Shown here: positions 163,483 through 178,029 of the stretch, piece by piece
How the letters are laid out: each line of letters starts with the position of its first letter
Numbering within the stretch: the first letter of the stretch is position 1
Source: Rhodosorus marinus CCMP1338
Taxonomy: Eukaryota; Plantae; Rhodophyta
Direction: 5' to 3'
Length of the DNA: 248,000 nucleotides
Assembly (NCBI GenBank): GCA_029953675.1
Contig: JAMWBK010000008.1
Location: 1,632,001 to 1,880,000, forward strand
Made by a program: the position numbers and the translations under genes
The notes under the pieces: model-generated
Databases searched by the model: none
What the model saw: the letters and a program-made list of their open reading frames with translations, nothing else
Told to the model about the DNA's origin: nothing

Positions 163483-164526
163483 TCAACTCATCCTGACACT
163501 TAGGGCTATGAGCACGTTGACGCGGGCATTGCTCGCCTTGTTTTCGTGAGGACACCGCGCAACGACCAGGTCCGTGTCTACATCGGCATTCTCCGAGGTT
163601 GGAATTTCCTGATGAGCTACGAAGACAACGGCGCCGGCGTTGAGGAGTCGCAGCATCGGTCCTCCTAAGTGGATCGACAGATTTTGGAGGTCTTCCGCAA
163701 GGAGTCTCGCACGAACTTTCTCTGCATAAAGACGACATAAGGCATCGCTAGCCTCGCCAGGAACCCGCGTGGCTTCGAAAATGAGGTAATCTGCATACTG
163801 ACATCGCCGCCTCCTGGCTTGTCCCATTCAACACTCACAACCTCCTCGCCTTGGAGGAAGTGACGGTCGGCTGTACCCCATCCGATTGAGACCCTATGTC
163901 GTTTCTGGGATGAGAGGAAGGAAGCGTTTGTGTACAGATCTGTTCAGCCATTCCGAAGGAGGGTAGAAGGGAAGCTCGTTGGTAGCGTTTACCTCCTCAA
164001 CGAAGAGTAGCTTGGACGCCATGAGTAGCCAGAAGAAAGGAAAAGGAGACTGGGCGACGACGATGGGAACAGATCGATCTTCGAGACGAGGCACGAAGAA
164101 CTCGCACCAGTTGTGAGAAAGTGCTCTTCCCGAACGTATCATTTGCGCTGCTTTGTTGAAATCCTGATCCGATTAGTTGGGAAAGGGTTAGCTTTAGGTG
164201 CGACATCCTGTGCTTTCTTGTTGGTAGCATTTGGGGGGACCTACCTTCTCCCCTCTACCAACCACTCCTTTACCATAGTTTACACGGTAGGAACGAGGTA
164301 CTAATTCACTAAACTCATCCTTAGACACGTCGAGAGCTTTCTGCGTCAACCCGTGCTTGGGATAGGAAGCTAGGTCTGAACTTCCCGGGCGGTTTCTAAA
164401 GGAATCCACAGCAAAGCTCGTCGGGCTTCCTCCCAGGAATAAACCAGGGATCAGCATCGCTCGTCTACGATTTTTTGTTTTTAAACACTCCTCCGTTTTC
164501 TCTGCAACGGATCTCCCGGTCTCCAT
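163483..164526 (-). CDS. Hypothetical spliced protein
   Basis: Chain of protein-like ORFs separated by intron-sized gaps. Confidence 0.4.
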
Positions 164527-167191
164527 CGTTCCTCAGCCGGCCGAGCGAAACTGGCAGGAAGCGCTCACGTCGTCGGCGGGTATCATGAGATTCGGTTGTT
164601 CGGGGATCTTTGGAACTGACCCTTCCATTATTGTTGAGAATGAAGGCGTTGGTAGAAAGATCCGTTATGCTTTGATGGTACCTCAATGGGGAAATGTCCC
164701 ACTCGAAATGAAGTGAACCAATCCCGAACAGAAGTCGTCTTGCCCTATCGGAGAAGGTGTGATGGAACCGGGAAAACTGTGGGGTGGGAGGGGCCGGGCG
164801 GGGGGGGGGGGGCTCCGTAAGTGCTGCTCACGGAGCTAGTACGAGCAGACAACCACCAAACCTAAAATTGGAAAACGGCTGCCAGAAGGAAAAACGATTT
164901 TCTTCTATCTGTCAGCGCCCCATTTCAGATGACTACGCGTACACAATCCCATTTTGCCAGAAGCTGCCCCCCCGTCGTAGCTATGTGAATAAGTCATGGA
165001 AAACAATTTCACAAAAAGCGAAACAGAGTTCGTATATGCTAAAAGGCGTCTTGTTCTTCTCCATCGATTCTCTAGAATCGATTTCGACATCAATATAACA
165101 AAAACCTTTCCAGTGACTCTCCTCGGACTCTGTTTCAGGCTAGCCCTTTCCCCCCCTCAACCACACCAAACGGAAAGACAGAATGGAAAACGTCAAAAAG
165201 TGTCGAAAAGGCATTTTCTTCAACCCAAACCCTCTCCCTCTCAAAAACCCCTCAAAGTTTTGTCACAAACGGTACATTTGTTCTTTTTTTCATTTCAAAG
165301 AAAAAAACGTCGTTTTCTTTCGTGCGTTTATTAGCGTTTCCCATCAACACAAAAGGTTGTTCGCCTTTTTTAAAAAAAAACAACTGTAATATTGAAAATT
165401 CTGATCTGAGATAAGGGACCATTTTTGTTTTGTTTTTTGAGGAAAACTCAGTTGCTTTTTAATAATAAATAAAATCGCCGGACGAAAAAAACGTAGAAAT
165501 TAGGAGTTCGCCAATAGTTTCGCGTCTGGACGAAACTATGTTCGGTATTTGAATCTAACATGAATATCGTTGTTCCAATTAAGTATGGATATGTTGGGAA
165601 AGGGTTAATTTTCTATATATGATTGGATTTTATTGTTTAGTTTTTTAAAAAACTATTTGAATATTGGATCTTTAAAGATATATGACTGGGTAGAGTGCTT
165701 GACATACTATATTAGATTGTATGGTAATTGGTATTCCGGTTTACTCCTCCGTTCTGGTTGGATATATCGCGCAGAGCGGACGCATTTGTTTAATAGAAAG
165801 CAAAAGTGCCACAGCGCTGAAACCGTATTTTGTCACTAGAGAGCACATTCCTGATTTTCGGATTCCTTGGGGTTTCCTCTCTGAGACTTTGGACTCCGGA
165901 CAGCGTAGAAACTGTTTTTTTGCGTTTTTTTTTTAGCGTGTGCCATGAGGGTTAAAAGGACAGCTGTAAAGACCAAGGATTCCGCATCCTGTTCGTGAAA
166001 ACGCCACAACCACGATTGAAAAGCAAAGGGGGTTAGCCCAACCCCCCCAAACGAACTAGTACTCAATAAAATAAAGAAATATTACAAATGCGATCAGTGG
166101 TTAGTGAAAAGTACTACCCCATTCCATGTTCATTAGTAAGCAAGGACATTGCAGTTTCCCGCATCGAGGGGGTCAATAGGCTGGCACTTCCCTTTTTCCT
166201 TCCCTCGCGGAAATAATTTAAAAATTACAAGGATCCCCTTTCCCCCCCCCCAAAAAAAAAAACAACAAAATCTCAATCAACCTGGCAACCAAAACTTCAC
166301 AAATTTATATTATTTTTTGCTCTCTTCATAAAAGACTCTGATTAAAAACCCCTTAAAAACCCCACCAAAACCCTCCACTACCTCAAAAATTGCAAATCCA
166401 CCCCCTCCCAGTTCTTTCCTCTTTTTAAATCATCTACCCTCTCCACCACCCCCCAAGCACAATCTAAGTTGAAACTATTTTGTGAAAATAAATAGGACGA
166501 TGATATGTAAATGTAACACTAAAGTTAGGGGGGTACAATTTCGGAGCTTATTTTATTGTGGAGAATGATCCTTTTTTTATTGTTTGGTGAGTTAAGTGTT
166601 TTTAATTGATTTTTCTATATTGAAATATTTGGTGTTCAATAATAAAAATTGCTGGGCCAGATTTTTTTTGGGGGGGGGTAGGGGTTTGAGTGGCATTTTT
166701 TTGTATATATATATATATATATATTATTTTTTTCCCAATGTTACCTTTGTAAAAATGATCTTGTTGATGTTTTTTTTTATTATGTTTTGGTGTTGTTTTT
166801 TTGTGTTTGATTTGGGAGAAGTTGAGTGTGAAAAGGAGAGATTTTTTTTTGCTGGGTTTGGAAGTGTGCGTTTAGAGGAGAGGGAAGAGGGAGGGATGGG
166901 AGGGAGGAAGAGGGAGGGAGTGTTGGATGGGATAGGAGTATTTGTATTTGGATGTGAAGAGTTTTTTGTTGTAGGGTGGTATGGATTTGTTATGGGTAGA
167001 GAGGAGGGAAAGGTGGAGAGGTGGTGGGATAAGTTAGGAATTGGAATGGATGACGGTTTATTGGGTGAGTTTAGGGAGGATGTGTTGATTTTGTGAGTAT
167101 TTTCTAGGGAGGGGGGTTTGAGTGGAGGTTGGGATTTTCGTGTTGTTTTTTGTTTGGTTTTCGTTTTCGTGGGAGAGGTGATATCGGCTGA

Positions 167192-169560
167192 ATGATGGAG
167201 GTTCAGAGTTCCTTTGATACCTCTGGTAGGAGGAATTCTGGCAACTCGAGAAGACCAGGGCGCCCGGCGACCTACATATTTGATCGTCCCGATGATGAGC
167301 TGACGGAGGAGGATCGCAAGTTGAAGAATGCGGTGTTGAAAAGGAGAAGTCGCCAGAATAGGTCATATCAGAAACGCAAGATGATGAAACTTGCGCAGAA
167401 GCAGGCAAACGGACAAGCTGTTGATTTCCTGACCGTGGCGGGTGCAAATGGAAGCGCAGCAGGCCCCGAGGATATCAATGAGGATGTTGACGAGGTGACG
167501 GCAGTTGATCTAGTTGATATGGTGTCAAGGGTGGAGACCCAGCCGGAGGTCGTGCCAACCTCAGAGGAGCTAGGGGAGGATCTCGAGGAGTGCGTGCTCA
167601 TGGCCGTGAAAGGTACAATGGATCGCAGTCTGAGCATTTCGCATTCTAGCGGTGTCAAGGATGTCCTCTTTGGAAGCCTGCGAGATCGCTTTGCGGAACT
167701 CCCTGGGGAAGGGCAAGGTGCGCTCCGTGCGCTTTCGGTGTTTCCGAGGGACTTTGACATGGCTTCGGCCGCCGCCGTGATGGGTCGAGGTAGCGGCGAT
167801 GACCTCTCCCAGGCGATCGACCTCATGCAGCCCTTGTTCACCTCCGGCTTTATTTCCTCCTCGAACGGGCGCTTCGAGCTGAACCAGGTGACCAAGCTCT
167901 TCCTTACTGAGGAAGTGCCCTTTGGCGGCGATACCTTAGTCACCGAAAGGCGGGATCCGTCAGTGTCCCGGTATATAGATCATTTCCAAAACTTGCTGAG
168001 CAACTTGACGGATCCGAGTATTCACAAGCTGGGCTTCGCCCGTGAGCATGCAATGCAAGTCTTCGATACCGAGAGGCAGAACATGGATTATGCAATAGAA
168101 CTCAGTCGTTTGAAGGGTCCCGAGAGGCTGCGAGAATTTCTTGCGGTGGGTGCTGCCGTTATGCGGTATTGCGTCGATGCTTCTACGAGAATACAATACC
168201 TGCAAGCTGCGCTCGAAGGGAAAAACCTGCTCACCGACGCCAACGAGCCGAGAGGAGATCGGCGGAATGTCGTTCGTTTGGAACTCGCGCGCGCCGAAGC
168301 GCTCTGTGACAACCAGTCACTGGAAGACGCCGAGGAGCCCCTGAAGAAGGCAATGGAGCTTATGGACAGGGACTTTACCAAATCTTCGAATGGTATCATG
168401 GACACTGTGCTAGTCCTGCTTCTCTTCGCAGGAGTGAAGATCAACTTGAGCAAGACGGAAGAAGGGCACAAGCTTCTCGTTGAGGCGCTGAGGATACTGA
168501 ACAAAATCGGGCTAGGAAAGACGACGCTAGCTGTAAACGCATTGACGAACCTGGTCACAATCTATGTACAAAGGGGTCAGCTGGATAGGGCGAACTACGT
168601 GGCAACGGAGCTGCTCAATACATTGCACGCGATGCGCTATGACAAGATGCCCATATACGCGGATGCCCTCGGCGTCCTGGCGATGGTAAGAATGGCAGCT
168701 GGGGACTACACGGATGCAGCGAGACAATTTGGCTCTGGCCTTGAGGTGAGATTGTCGCGAAATCCAACCGAGAAAATGCGTTGGTGAAGTGTGAATGGCG
168801 GCGTCTAAGAGTGTCCTAATTTCGCTTTTCGGTTGTAGATCGTTGCTGGCTGGGGTTCTAAATCCTGGACAAGCGTTCCCGTGCAACATTGCCTCGACCT
168901 TGACATCTGGTTGATGGAGGGACTTGCCATAAGTCTCAACTTGCAGGTAGGTTAACGTTGACAACGCTTCTCCTCAATCTGGAGGGTTCGACTTGTGCTA
169001 AAAAGCGTTCCTTGCGTATGTGAACGTTGTAGGGCCTGGAGAAGGATGCCAAGTACATGGTGACCCTTGCTTCGGACGCCAGACTGTCGAGAAGGCTGAA
169101 GAGTCTTACCTATGACATTTTGGGAGGGGAGCACGTCGTCCCTACCTGGCTGACAACTTCGAGACATCTGTACTGAGCTGGGAACTGTGATGCGCAATGG
169201 CTTGGTATGGTTTACCTGTATATATTCATATATATTAACTTTTAGCATCGGCTGGGGTTTGAAAAACCCCCAACGACGAGTTTGGAGGGTGACCCTCTTT
169301 GCAGCTGTTTCTTGGAGCCAGCCGAAAAGCCCTCGCCCTTAACGGAACAGGAGAGACTGTTGTGAGAGCGTTCGGATGGCCCAGAAGTCACAGATGTGCG
169401 CCGAGGAGACACTTTTGGCCTGGAGGAGGAACGCCGAGGCAAGAGTGGCTTGGATACGTCATACGTCTGAGAAACTCGGCAGGTAGCCCCCAGTGCTCTT
169501 TGCAATGCTTAGAATCTTTATTAGTCGACGGAAAATAGGAGTTGGTCGATCCTTGGGAGT
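167192..169560 (+). CDS. Basic/AT-hook N-terminus + winged-helix-like segment + TPR repeats, spliced at the 3' end
   Basis: RRPGRP; KRRSRQNRSYQKRK; ALSVFPRDFD; TPR-like helices. Confidence 0.65.
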
Positions 169561-169949
169561 CCCCCTGGTTTTCTTTTCTGCCTCGCAAAGGAAACGACGG
169601 GCCTCCGAAATGAAAACGTTGGATGAGAAATGAATAGAAATTTCATGAGCCGCAGTGCTCTCTGGCTGAATAGATTCCAATGGCCTCAAAACAATCCTTG
169701 CGGAAATCGGACGGTTGCCTTCTCCGTACATTAAACTTAAGCAAAAAAAGTCGACAGTTGTACTTCTTTCTGTCACCGGCGGCCGCCCATGCAAGGCCAG
169801 CGCCCATCGCGGGCATTTTCCTCTCACTGCTCGGCAACCACCGCCTCTCTTTCATCGCGGAAAACGGGAACCTCTAAAATAAGTCCAGGACTCATGCTAG
169901 GTTTCAATTGTGCTCCAGCTCTCGCAGCTCGTGCTAAGGCAGGTAAAAT

Positions 169950-172900
169950 CAACAAGATTCAAGAATCCGATGAAGTTCTCATTCAATGGCGTGAATACCA
170001 CCACCACTACTCGGGCCGAGGGCAGACGTAACGAGGCTGAATGCAGAGCGGAACAGCTTCCTCGCAAATTGCCACCGGATCCAGCTGGTATCTCCCAGAG
170101 TTGCGGCATAGGTCTGGGACGGCTGCACGAGAAAGGGTCCCCACTGGTAAGTGCGGTTAGCACGCACGCCCGGGGCACTTGAATTATTACTGGTACTCGT
170201 TGCGTTGACTACGCTCAAAAATCAGCTGGCCTGTTGATGCTTGGAGGACAATGCGTGACCTCGACGTGGGGCCGTAGTCGGCCCGTGCCACGGCAGCTTT
170301 GTCGCTTTTGTGTAAAGCGAACGCTCATGGGACAGCTTGACGTTATCGCGTTCCTGCCACAGAGGTGTCCTCAAGTCTACCACGTTCCGTTCAAAATCGG
170401 CCACCGCATCGCGCACGTCGACGTCCTGATCCGACGCTAGTGCTCCGAGCGTTTCGTGAAACTCATCAAGCTCTCCACAGACAGCAAGCAACGGCAGCAT
170501 CGTCCTCGCCAACCTCAATCGGACGTTCGAGATTGGGTCCTTTCTCAGTCCCAGCACGGGACGTGCGAAGACGGCCCGAAATGTGACCGAAGAAAACACC
170601 TGCGACATGGGCACATCGTACTGGATTTCAGTGATCTTGTTTTTGAGCCATACTGGCTGGCGGCTTTCAGTTCCCTGGCACTGCTTACTTCAAGCGCGAT
170701 CTCGGCACCGTGTATCATTGCGATTCGCATCCGGTAAGGGTGCTTTGAATATTCACAGCTACACCAAAACTCACGTACAGCCTCATCTCTATAGATCTCG
170801 TCGTCAAAGAAAGCAAACGACCTAACAATCGCGTCCATACACGCGTCCTGGACGACTGGCATACCGTTCTCCAGGATCTTGAAGAGCGCCGGCTCGATGA
170901 CCTCGAATATGAGCGCGGGAGGAAACGCTTGGACGCACTTAGCGATCTGGTCGGATACCAGCTTCTGCATTCGCCAGCTTCCTTCGACATGGGGATATAT
171001 GGTCTTGAGCAGGCCGCCAAGTTGTCGCACGATTTCAGTGTGTCCGTGATCCAGGAAGGATACCACCACTGCGCTGAAATTCTCAAACGCGTTCATACTT
171101 ACGGCGGGATTTTTATCGTAAAGGAGCGTAGCCACCGCCTTGCCCAGCTTTTCAATCTTCCCTGTACGTGCCAACGCCTTGACCGTCTCGTGGATTCCCG
171201 ACGATACGATCCAACGCACTTCGGCATCCTTGTCTTTCGAGAGGTACTCGGCCACGGCGGAGAGCTCACCACCAAACTTGTCACCCAGCGCGAGGCAGAC
171301 TCCTGGCAAGTTGAATGCGGTGTTTCTCCTGATGATGGGTCCATTGCACGTTGCCATTCCTACGTAGGCTTTCAGAGCCTCTTTCCTGAACCCTTTCTGG
171401 TAGAACAGAGCGACAGAGTAGAGGAGCTCACCAAAGACGTCCGAGCAGACATCCAGGAGCGTATACTCCTCATCCTTGACCAGACGCTGATCCTTCTCGG
171501 AAGACGCGTTCGCAAACCGGATCTGCCTCATCAAGATCGGCGGAAGCGACTCCTTGAAGAGTTTCCTGTCCGAGTTCTCCAACCCCCGCTGTTTCTCCAC
171601 AATCTGTGCGATCGTACGCAGCGACGTAGCCTGTATTCTAACGTCATCCTCATCCAAATACGCCACCAGCTTGACCCAGATCGTCTCCTGAAGAACCTTC
171701 TCAGACATCGACCCTCCAACAGATTTCATCGCCTCTGCTGTGGTTCCCCTAACGGTCACATCCTCATCCTCCGACAACCTCATCACCCTCGGTAAAATCT
171801 CGTTCTCGGCCAGCTCCATACTGACGCCTCCTAGAGCTCCCAATATCCTCGCTGCAAACTTCCTCGATTCAGTGTCTCTAGATCCAAGGTGATCATCCAC
171901 CAGCCTATTTGTCAGAAAACCGAGAGGAACCGTCCGTTAGGCCCTTCAAACTCCTGAAGCCACATCCTGATCAAACCGGAGAACCAGGAGTGGATATGGT
172001 ACATAGGGTTCCCAAAGTAGCCTGTGGGGTATTAACATCCAGACTTGTGATCGAGATTCGACCTGCTCGAGCGTTGGATTGTACATCCCAGTCCGAGCAG
172101 ATCGATCGTTCGACGAGGAGATGGAAGAAAGGCATCAGTCTTTCGCAGTCCTGAAAGCCATCCGCATTAAGCTAGAGAACCTTGGACTGGATGCCATATA
172201 GGTGACGTCTTGGAACCAGGGTTTCCAGAGCGACCTGTAGGGTATCACCGTCCACGTTCTCATCTGCTCGAGCGTTGGATTTGTACATCCCAGATCGACC
172301 AGATCGATTGTTTCGAGCAGCAGGAGAGGTCGTCCCCGGCTTGGTTTGACGGGAAACTTCTCTATGGTTTTCGGCCCTGAAGAGCTGATGGGTTTGGCTT
172401 GACTTACTTTATGAAGTGAGCAGCATCGTTGTGATAGTCGACAAGCCGTGGGATGACTTCGACTAGAATGCTCGCCCAAGCTTGGTAGAAGAACGCCAGT
172501 TCTTCCTGCTCGAGATTTTTGCCGGATGTTTTGATCACAGTCATGGAGGCTCGCGCGATGCCTCTAGCAGAGTCCAGTGGGATTTGGAAGAGCACAAGCA
172601 GCGCCAAAGTCTATCGAATTTGAGGCAAAGAACAAAGTCTCCGGTTCAGCCGGGGGGTGGGGGGGGGGCTGGAAGTGAGTAGACGAAAGAGGATGATTGC
172701 TTACTGCTGCAGCTGTGAGTTGGACGTCCATTTTCCATAAATGAATTCTGGTGCAAATAATTGGAAGCAACGTGCGCAGAATATCGTCCATGCAGTGTCC
172801 AAATAACTGCTGAATCTCTTCTAGAACAAATGTCCGCTCGGAGTCCGTTCCATCCTTTAGCAACTCGGCCATCTTCTGTACACTGTAGACGACCTCAGAG

Positions 172901-173090
172901 GAAGCCAATTGAAGCTCAACCTCCTTATGTATACGTACCCACCCAAGAAATCCACAGGAAAAGTTCGATCTTGAGACACGGTCTAAATCATTGTTTCTTT
173001 ATCCCGAAAGCGCCCACGCTTTCAGACGATGAAATCCCTCACCTGATCCGTCGCATCGGCATTCTGAACGCGCATGGCTTCACTACGCTT
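169950..173090 (-). CDS. HEAT-repeat protein phosphatase regulatory subunit (PP4R1/PP4R4-like), multi-exon
   Basis: VTVRG, IRRNTAFNLPGV, DAEVRW, SNVRLRL HEAT motifs. Confidence 0.75.
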
Positions 173091-173729
173091 TCAGCCCGTA
173101 CCAAAACTCCTCTTCTCATCCAAAGCTGGGCCTCAAAGCCCTTCAGAACTTTCCACAAAGCCACAAACAACAAACAAAACAAAACAAAAGTGCTCAAGTC
173201 CCAAATCTATACCATTTAGCCACAAGTTATTTCAACCTAAGATCATCCTCCAACGTTCATCAATACAGCACACAAACGGAAAGCTCCTCTTCTCCAAAGA
173301 AGCAAGATCAGTATACAGAGCCTCTCTTGCTTTGGGTTCCAATTCACACTCCTCTCTCTCCACTGGTATTCTTGCAGTTCGTCACCGCTCTCTCTCTCTC
173401 TCTCTCTCAGATCAGAGCGACAGTGCACCACTTCTCCCCGAAGTACTCCACAACAAAACACCACCCCCCAAAAAAAATTTGGTTTATCTCTTGCTTCCAA
173501 ACTCCTTTGGCAGAAGACAGTTGTCTCTCCAAACCACCTCTTCCAAAACCTCTCCTTCACTGCTTTGCTTTCTCCTCCTCTTCGCAAGGTATACAATCCA
173601 GTCTCCACAACACGAAACTCAGACTTGTTCCATGCTCATTCTCTTCTCAATTGTCCAAGCTCCTCTCTTCCACAAGAGAACGTCTTCTACCCCTTGAAGT
173701 CTCCACTCTCATCGATCCTCATCACAGAT

Positions 173730-174960
173730 TTCCACGCCGATACCTTTTTACATGAACGAAGTCAAAGACGAACAAGAAGCTCATCATCTTCACTTGGCAA
173801 GGAAGAGATCTCTATCGTTGTAACACCAGACACAAACCTCCAGATGACGAGTTAGTTTGTCATAAGCTGAGATAGACAGAGCAGACACTTTAGGAGGAAG
173901 ACGATAGCGAGCTCATCACCATTAAGTAGGAGGATCTCTTATCGTTGCAACTCCGAACTAAGACAATCTCCAGTTTGCGAGAAGGCAAAATAGACAGAGA
174001 ATACATAAAGTTGTACTAGCTGCTTTAGAAAGAAGAACGATAAGCTGACCATCTTTATGGACGGGGAAGACCTCTATCGTTGTAACACCAGACTAACACA
174101 AACCTCCAGATGACGAGAGAGTTTGTCAAAAGCAGAGTTAGACAGAGACACTTTAGGAGGAAGACGATAGCGAGCTCATCATTATTATGTAGATGGAGGA
174201 TCTCTATCTGTACTAGCTGCTTTAGAAAGAAGAACGATAAGATGACCATCTTTATGGACAAGGAAGATCTCTATAAGTGAAACACGAAACACCGGACCAA
174301 CGCAAACCTCCAGCTGGCGAAACAGTGTTCGTCAAAAGCAGAGTGGAGAGAGAGCATACAACAAGGTCTACTAGCTGCTTTAGAAGGGAGACGATAAGCT
174401 CATCATCCTAATGGAGGAGGAGGATCACCATCGTTGACCACCAAACACAAACCTCCGGGTGGCGCGATTGTTCCTCAAAAGCAGCAGAGAGAGAGCATCC
174501 AACAAGGTCTTTTGGCTGCTTTAGCAAGCAGACAATAAGCTCATCATCTTTATGGAGAACATTCTAACGCCACCTTCCGGCGGTGAGATAGTTCGTCAAG
174601 AGCAGAGTAGACAGGGCATACAACAGGTTCTATTAGCAGCCCCAGAAAGAAGACAAGAAAGCCCATCATCTTCGCGGACAAGTGGATCTCTTTGGTCCCG
174701 GCGATAGGAAACCAAAGGCAGGATTCGTGATCTCCATCGTAGTGAGACAGCAGACGAATGGAACCCCGCAGGTGGCAAGATCGTTCGTCTAGTAAGTGGA
174801 CAAAGCTTCTATCGATGCCTTAGCAAAGTTCAGCTCATGATCTGTATCGCCGCGACTCCAAGACAGTGTTAGAGCAACTATAATCTTTTCTGAGCCGCTG
174901 CCACAGGTTGGGATGGCGCGATAGTTCGTCAAGCAAGCAGATGGAGCTGTGACCAAGTTT
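173730..174960. repeat. Degenerate tandem repeat, ~120-bp unit, about 8-9 copies
   Basis: Recurrent AAACCTCCAG...GTCAAAAGCAGAG...CTAGCTGCTTTAG...ATAAGCTCATCATC. Confidence 0.75.
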
Positions 174961-175569
174961 AATATTACGACGACAACAATCTCATCATCTTCATGACCAA
175001 GAGGATCTCTATCGTGGGTTTCCCATACGAAACATAATGATTAACGATTGCCGGGCAGACCTCCATGTAAATCCCATGGTCCATGGAGGTGACCTGGAGC
175101 TAAACTGAAAACCTGATCGACAGTCTGTTAGGAGTCGAAGACGATAAACAGTCACCTGAAAGCGGAAGAGTCTCCATCCCAGAGAACGCATCCTCACTTT
175201 CAAGGGACTCTTCGCCTTTCTCCGGTTCACACCGACACAAATTGAATTGTCGCACATGCTGTGGGCGGTTGAACCGCTGTAGTCCTGAATGATGATGTTG
175301 ATATAGTCTTGGGTGACTGCGACTCCACTCCCGCGGTGGCAAAACGTCGCAAGACGAGAGGAGCAAGGTGATGCGAACCCTTCCCTTTAGCCCAAGGTTC
175401 GAAGATGCTCCACGAACACGATGAGTAGTGGCCTTCCAAGGACTACGACTACGTCCATCTCACGGGGCGCGCGACGAGGGTAGGCGGCATACTTGTCCGG
175501 TGGAGCAGGCTGAACCCTTATCCTCCGTCAAGATTCTCGGCTAGGATAGGCAGTCCAAATACTAATCAG

Positions 175570-177940
175570 TGATGAGTCTATCAATATTGAGACAGGGCTT
175601 GATGGACTCCAGAAGAGGCCTCCAACCTGGAGACGTGTTGTTCAATATAACTCGAAGGTTGAAAAGCTCTCGTTTTTTTGCTGGTCGGCTAAGCGAGAAC
175701 CAGTCTCTCCACCTCAGTCTTTGTAAAGTTTCTCATCCCGTCTTCCCCATGGCCTGCTGGATCTTCTCGAAGGAGAGATATGATCGGGTGGGTCAGTTTG
175801 GTAGTCGATTTCTGGTGACAGTGACCCGAGTATATACACGTCCACTTTACCAGGAGATCTAGTCGTTTGTCGATGGTAACACCAGAAATACTGCTGGATG
175901 ATCACCTCGAGGATGAGAGAGTCCTCGTCTTCGTTAGATTTTGGGGGTTGGGTTAACAGCTGACCAGCTCAACCCCCTCTCGCGAAGGGTACAAACGATC
176001 TCGCGTCAGAGATGCCGAAGCAGACACACGGCAGAGGGTAACGGAGCAAGCAAGGCTATCTTCAGAAGATCGGGGACCAGCGATCGCGGCTCGCGGCTGA
176101 GATTTCATAGGCCTTTCGCAAACTCCCAGTCGGAAAGTCAACGGATGAGCACCAAAGAAACCAATATGATGGACGCCGAAGATCACAAACAGCAGGCTCG
176201 CAGCACAAACTGCTGGTTTTGTGCTCTGGCTCTGATACCAGGCTGTCCAAATCCGGTTACGGCAGCAGCGCGCACTTCCGCTCGTGCTTGGAGCACGTCA
176301 AGATCCAGTGGGGATTGTGGCGCAGGTTGACTCGATATCTCAAGACGGGTTTTCCCTGTGCATTTCTTGGTTTGGAGGGCAAAGTGAACGGGATCAGCGG
176401 AGGTTGACATCCAGTTGAAGCAGCCAGTCCCGAAGCGCTGAGTCCTTTGGATCCTGGTGTTTCTGCACAAACCCATGCTGGAGGAGCTGCGACGCCGTCG
176501 GTCTTTTGGTAACCTCATACTCGAGACAGGTTTCCGCAAACTCTAAAAGCTCAGAGGACACCTCATGAGCCCCGAGCATCTCCAGGCAGCGTCCTCTTAT
176601 CGATCTATTTTCACACATATCCCAGTACAGCGATCGATTCGGAACCGGATGACTATAAACCGACGGCAAAGAGACAGTTCGATCAGCACCGACGACGGCC
176701 TCAGCGGGAGAAAAGTCGGACAAGCGGCTCATGCACTGCGCTTCGTTTACCTTCCCAACGCCGCTTCGGAGACGACCAAACCCATGCTCCATATGTCAGA
176801 CGGATACGAATACGTTTCGTCCATTAGACGCTCAGGTGCCATGTACTCAATTGTCCCTCCTAGCTCGGGATCTTCCTTGCTGAAGGGTTTCTTCTTCAAT
176901 GACATACCAAAATCGGTCAACGTCGTGACATTTCGATGCTTGGAGAGAAGAATGTTCATAGGTTTGATGTCACGGTGGACCACTTCTTTCGAGTGGAGAT
177001 ACTCTAGTCCTTGTAGACAGTGTCTGGCTACTGTGCTTAGTACGTCTTCCGGAAGTGCTCCTAGCGAACGACAAGAAACAAGGAAGAAGGCGTAGGTTTA
177101 TACATACGTTGGTTTCTGCACAAAGTTCGTCGATGATCTTTGGAGGGAAGCTTAGGTTTACCCAACTTGGACATCGCGCTTGAAAGACATCCGGAGTCCA
177201 TGTACTCGAGGAGGAGGGTGAGGAGTTTCTCATCTTCACTATAGAATGCACCGTAGAATGTGACGATATTCTCGTGCTTGAGGAGGGATAGCAGACGAAA
177301 CTCGGCACGAAGCTGCTCCTTGTCATGCGCGTTCCGAACCGTTTGGACCTTCACCGCAATCGGAAGTTTCGTGAACTTGTGATGAGTAAGATAGACAACA
177401 CCCTGTGCACCCTTTCCGAGCTCCTATCCGGAGGTTTTTGCCAATACCACAAGAAAAAGTTTGGACAGAAAGCCCCTTAAGCGCTACAACTCGTCAAGGA
177501 AGACCAAGTCTCCCCCTGCAACTCTTGTGAAACTGTTCCTACCTTCACTCGAACGATATCGTTCGGTCCTGTCACAACCACCTGCCGCGCTCTAGAATAC
177601 TCAGGATGCGATGGATCTAGCTTGACCACAATCGGCTCAGTAAGAAAACGCAAAACCGTCGTCCGACGATCCCAAAGGTTCTCAAACTTGGCTAGGTCAG
177701 CTGCCGATAGCGCTCCAGGTCGACCTCCTCCGTGCTCTATCCATTCCTCCTCATTCATATCGAACCATACATCCCCCAACTCTACCTTCCTCCCCAGTAG
177801 TAACCTATGACCAGTTCATAACCTCATCCTTGCTATTTCCCTCTCTCCCTCTCTCTCTCTCTCTCACGATCTTCTTCATCATCGTCGAGCTGCTGCTGAC
177901 CCAAACTCTTTCCCACTTCGGTCTTCAGCTCAGTGTTCAT
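175570..177940 (-). CDS. MAP kinase kinase (STE7), multi-exon, with a C-terminal extension; 3' end uncertain
   Basis: LEYMDSGCL, VHRDIKPMN, DFG, GTIEYMAPER, SDIWSMG, RPTASQLLQHGF. Confidence 0.85.
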
Positions 177941-178029
177941 TGACTTTGGGGAGCCCTTCATTGAGTACTGAGCTTTGAAGACTTGGGTTTTGGAATGGAA
178001 TTTTGGACGAATTCTACTGACCGTCACCA

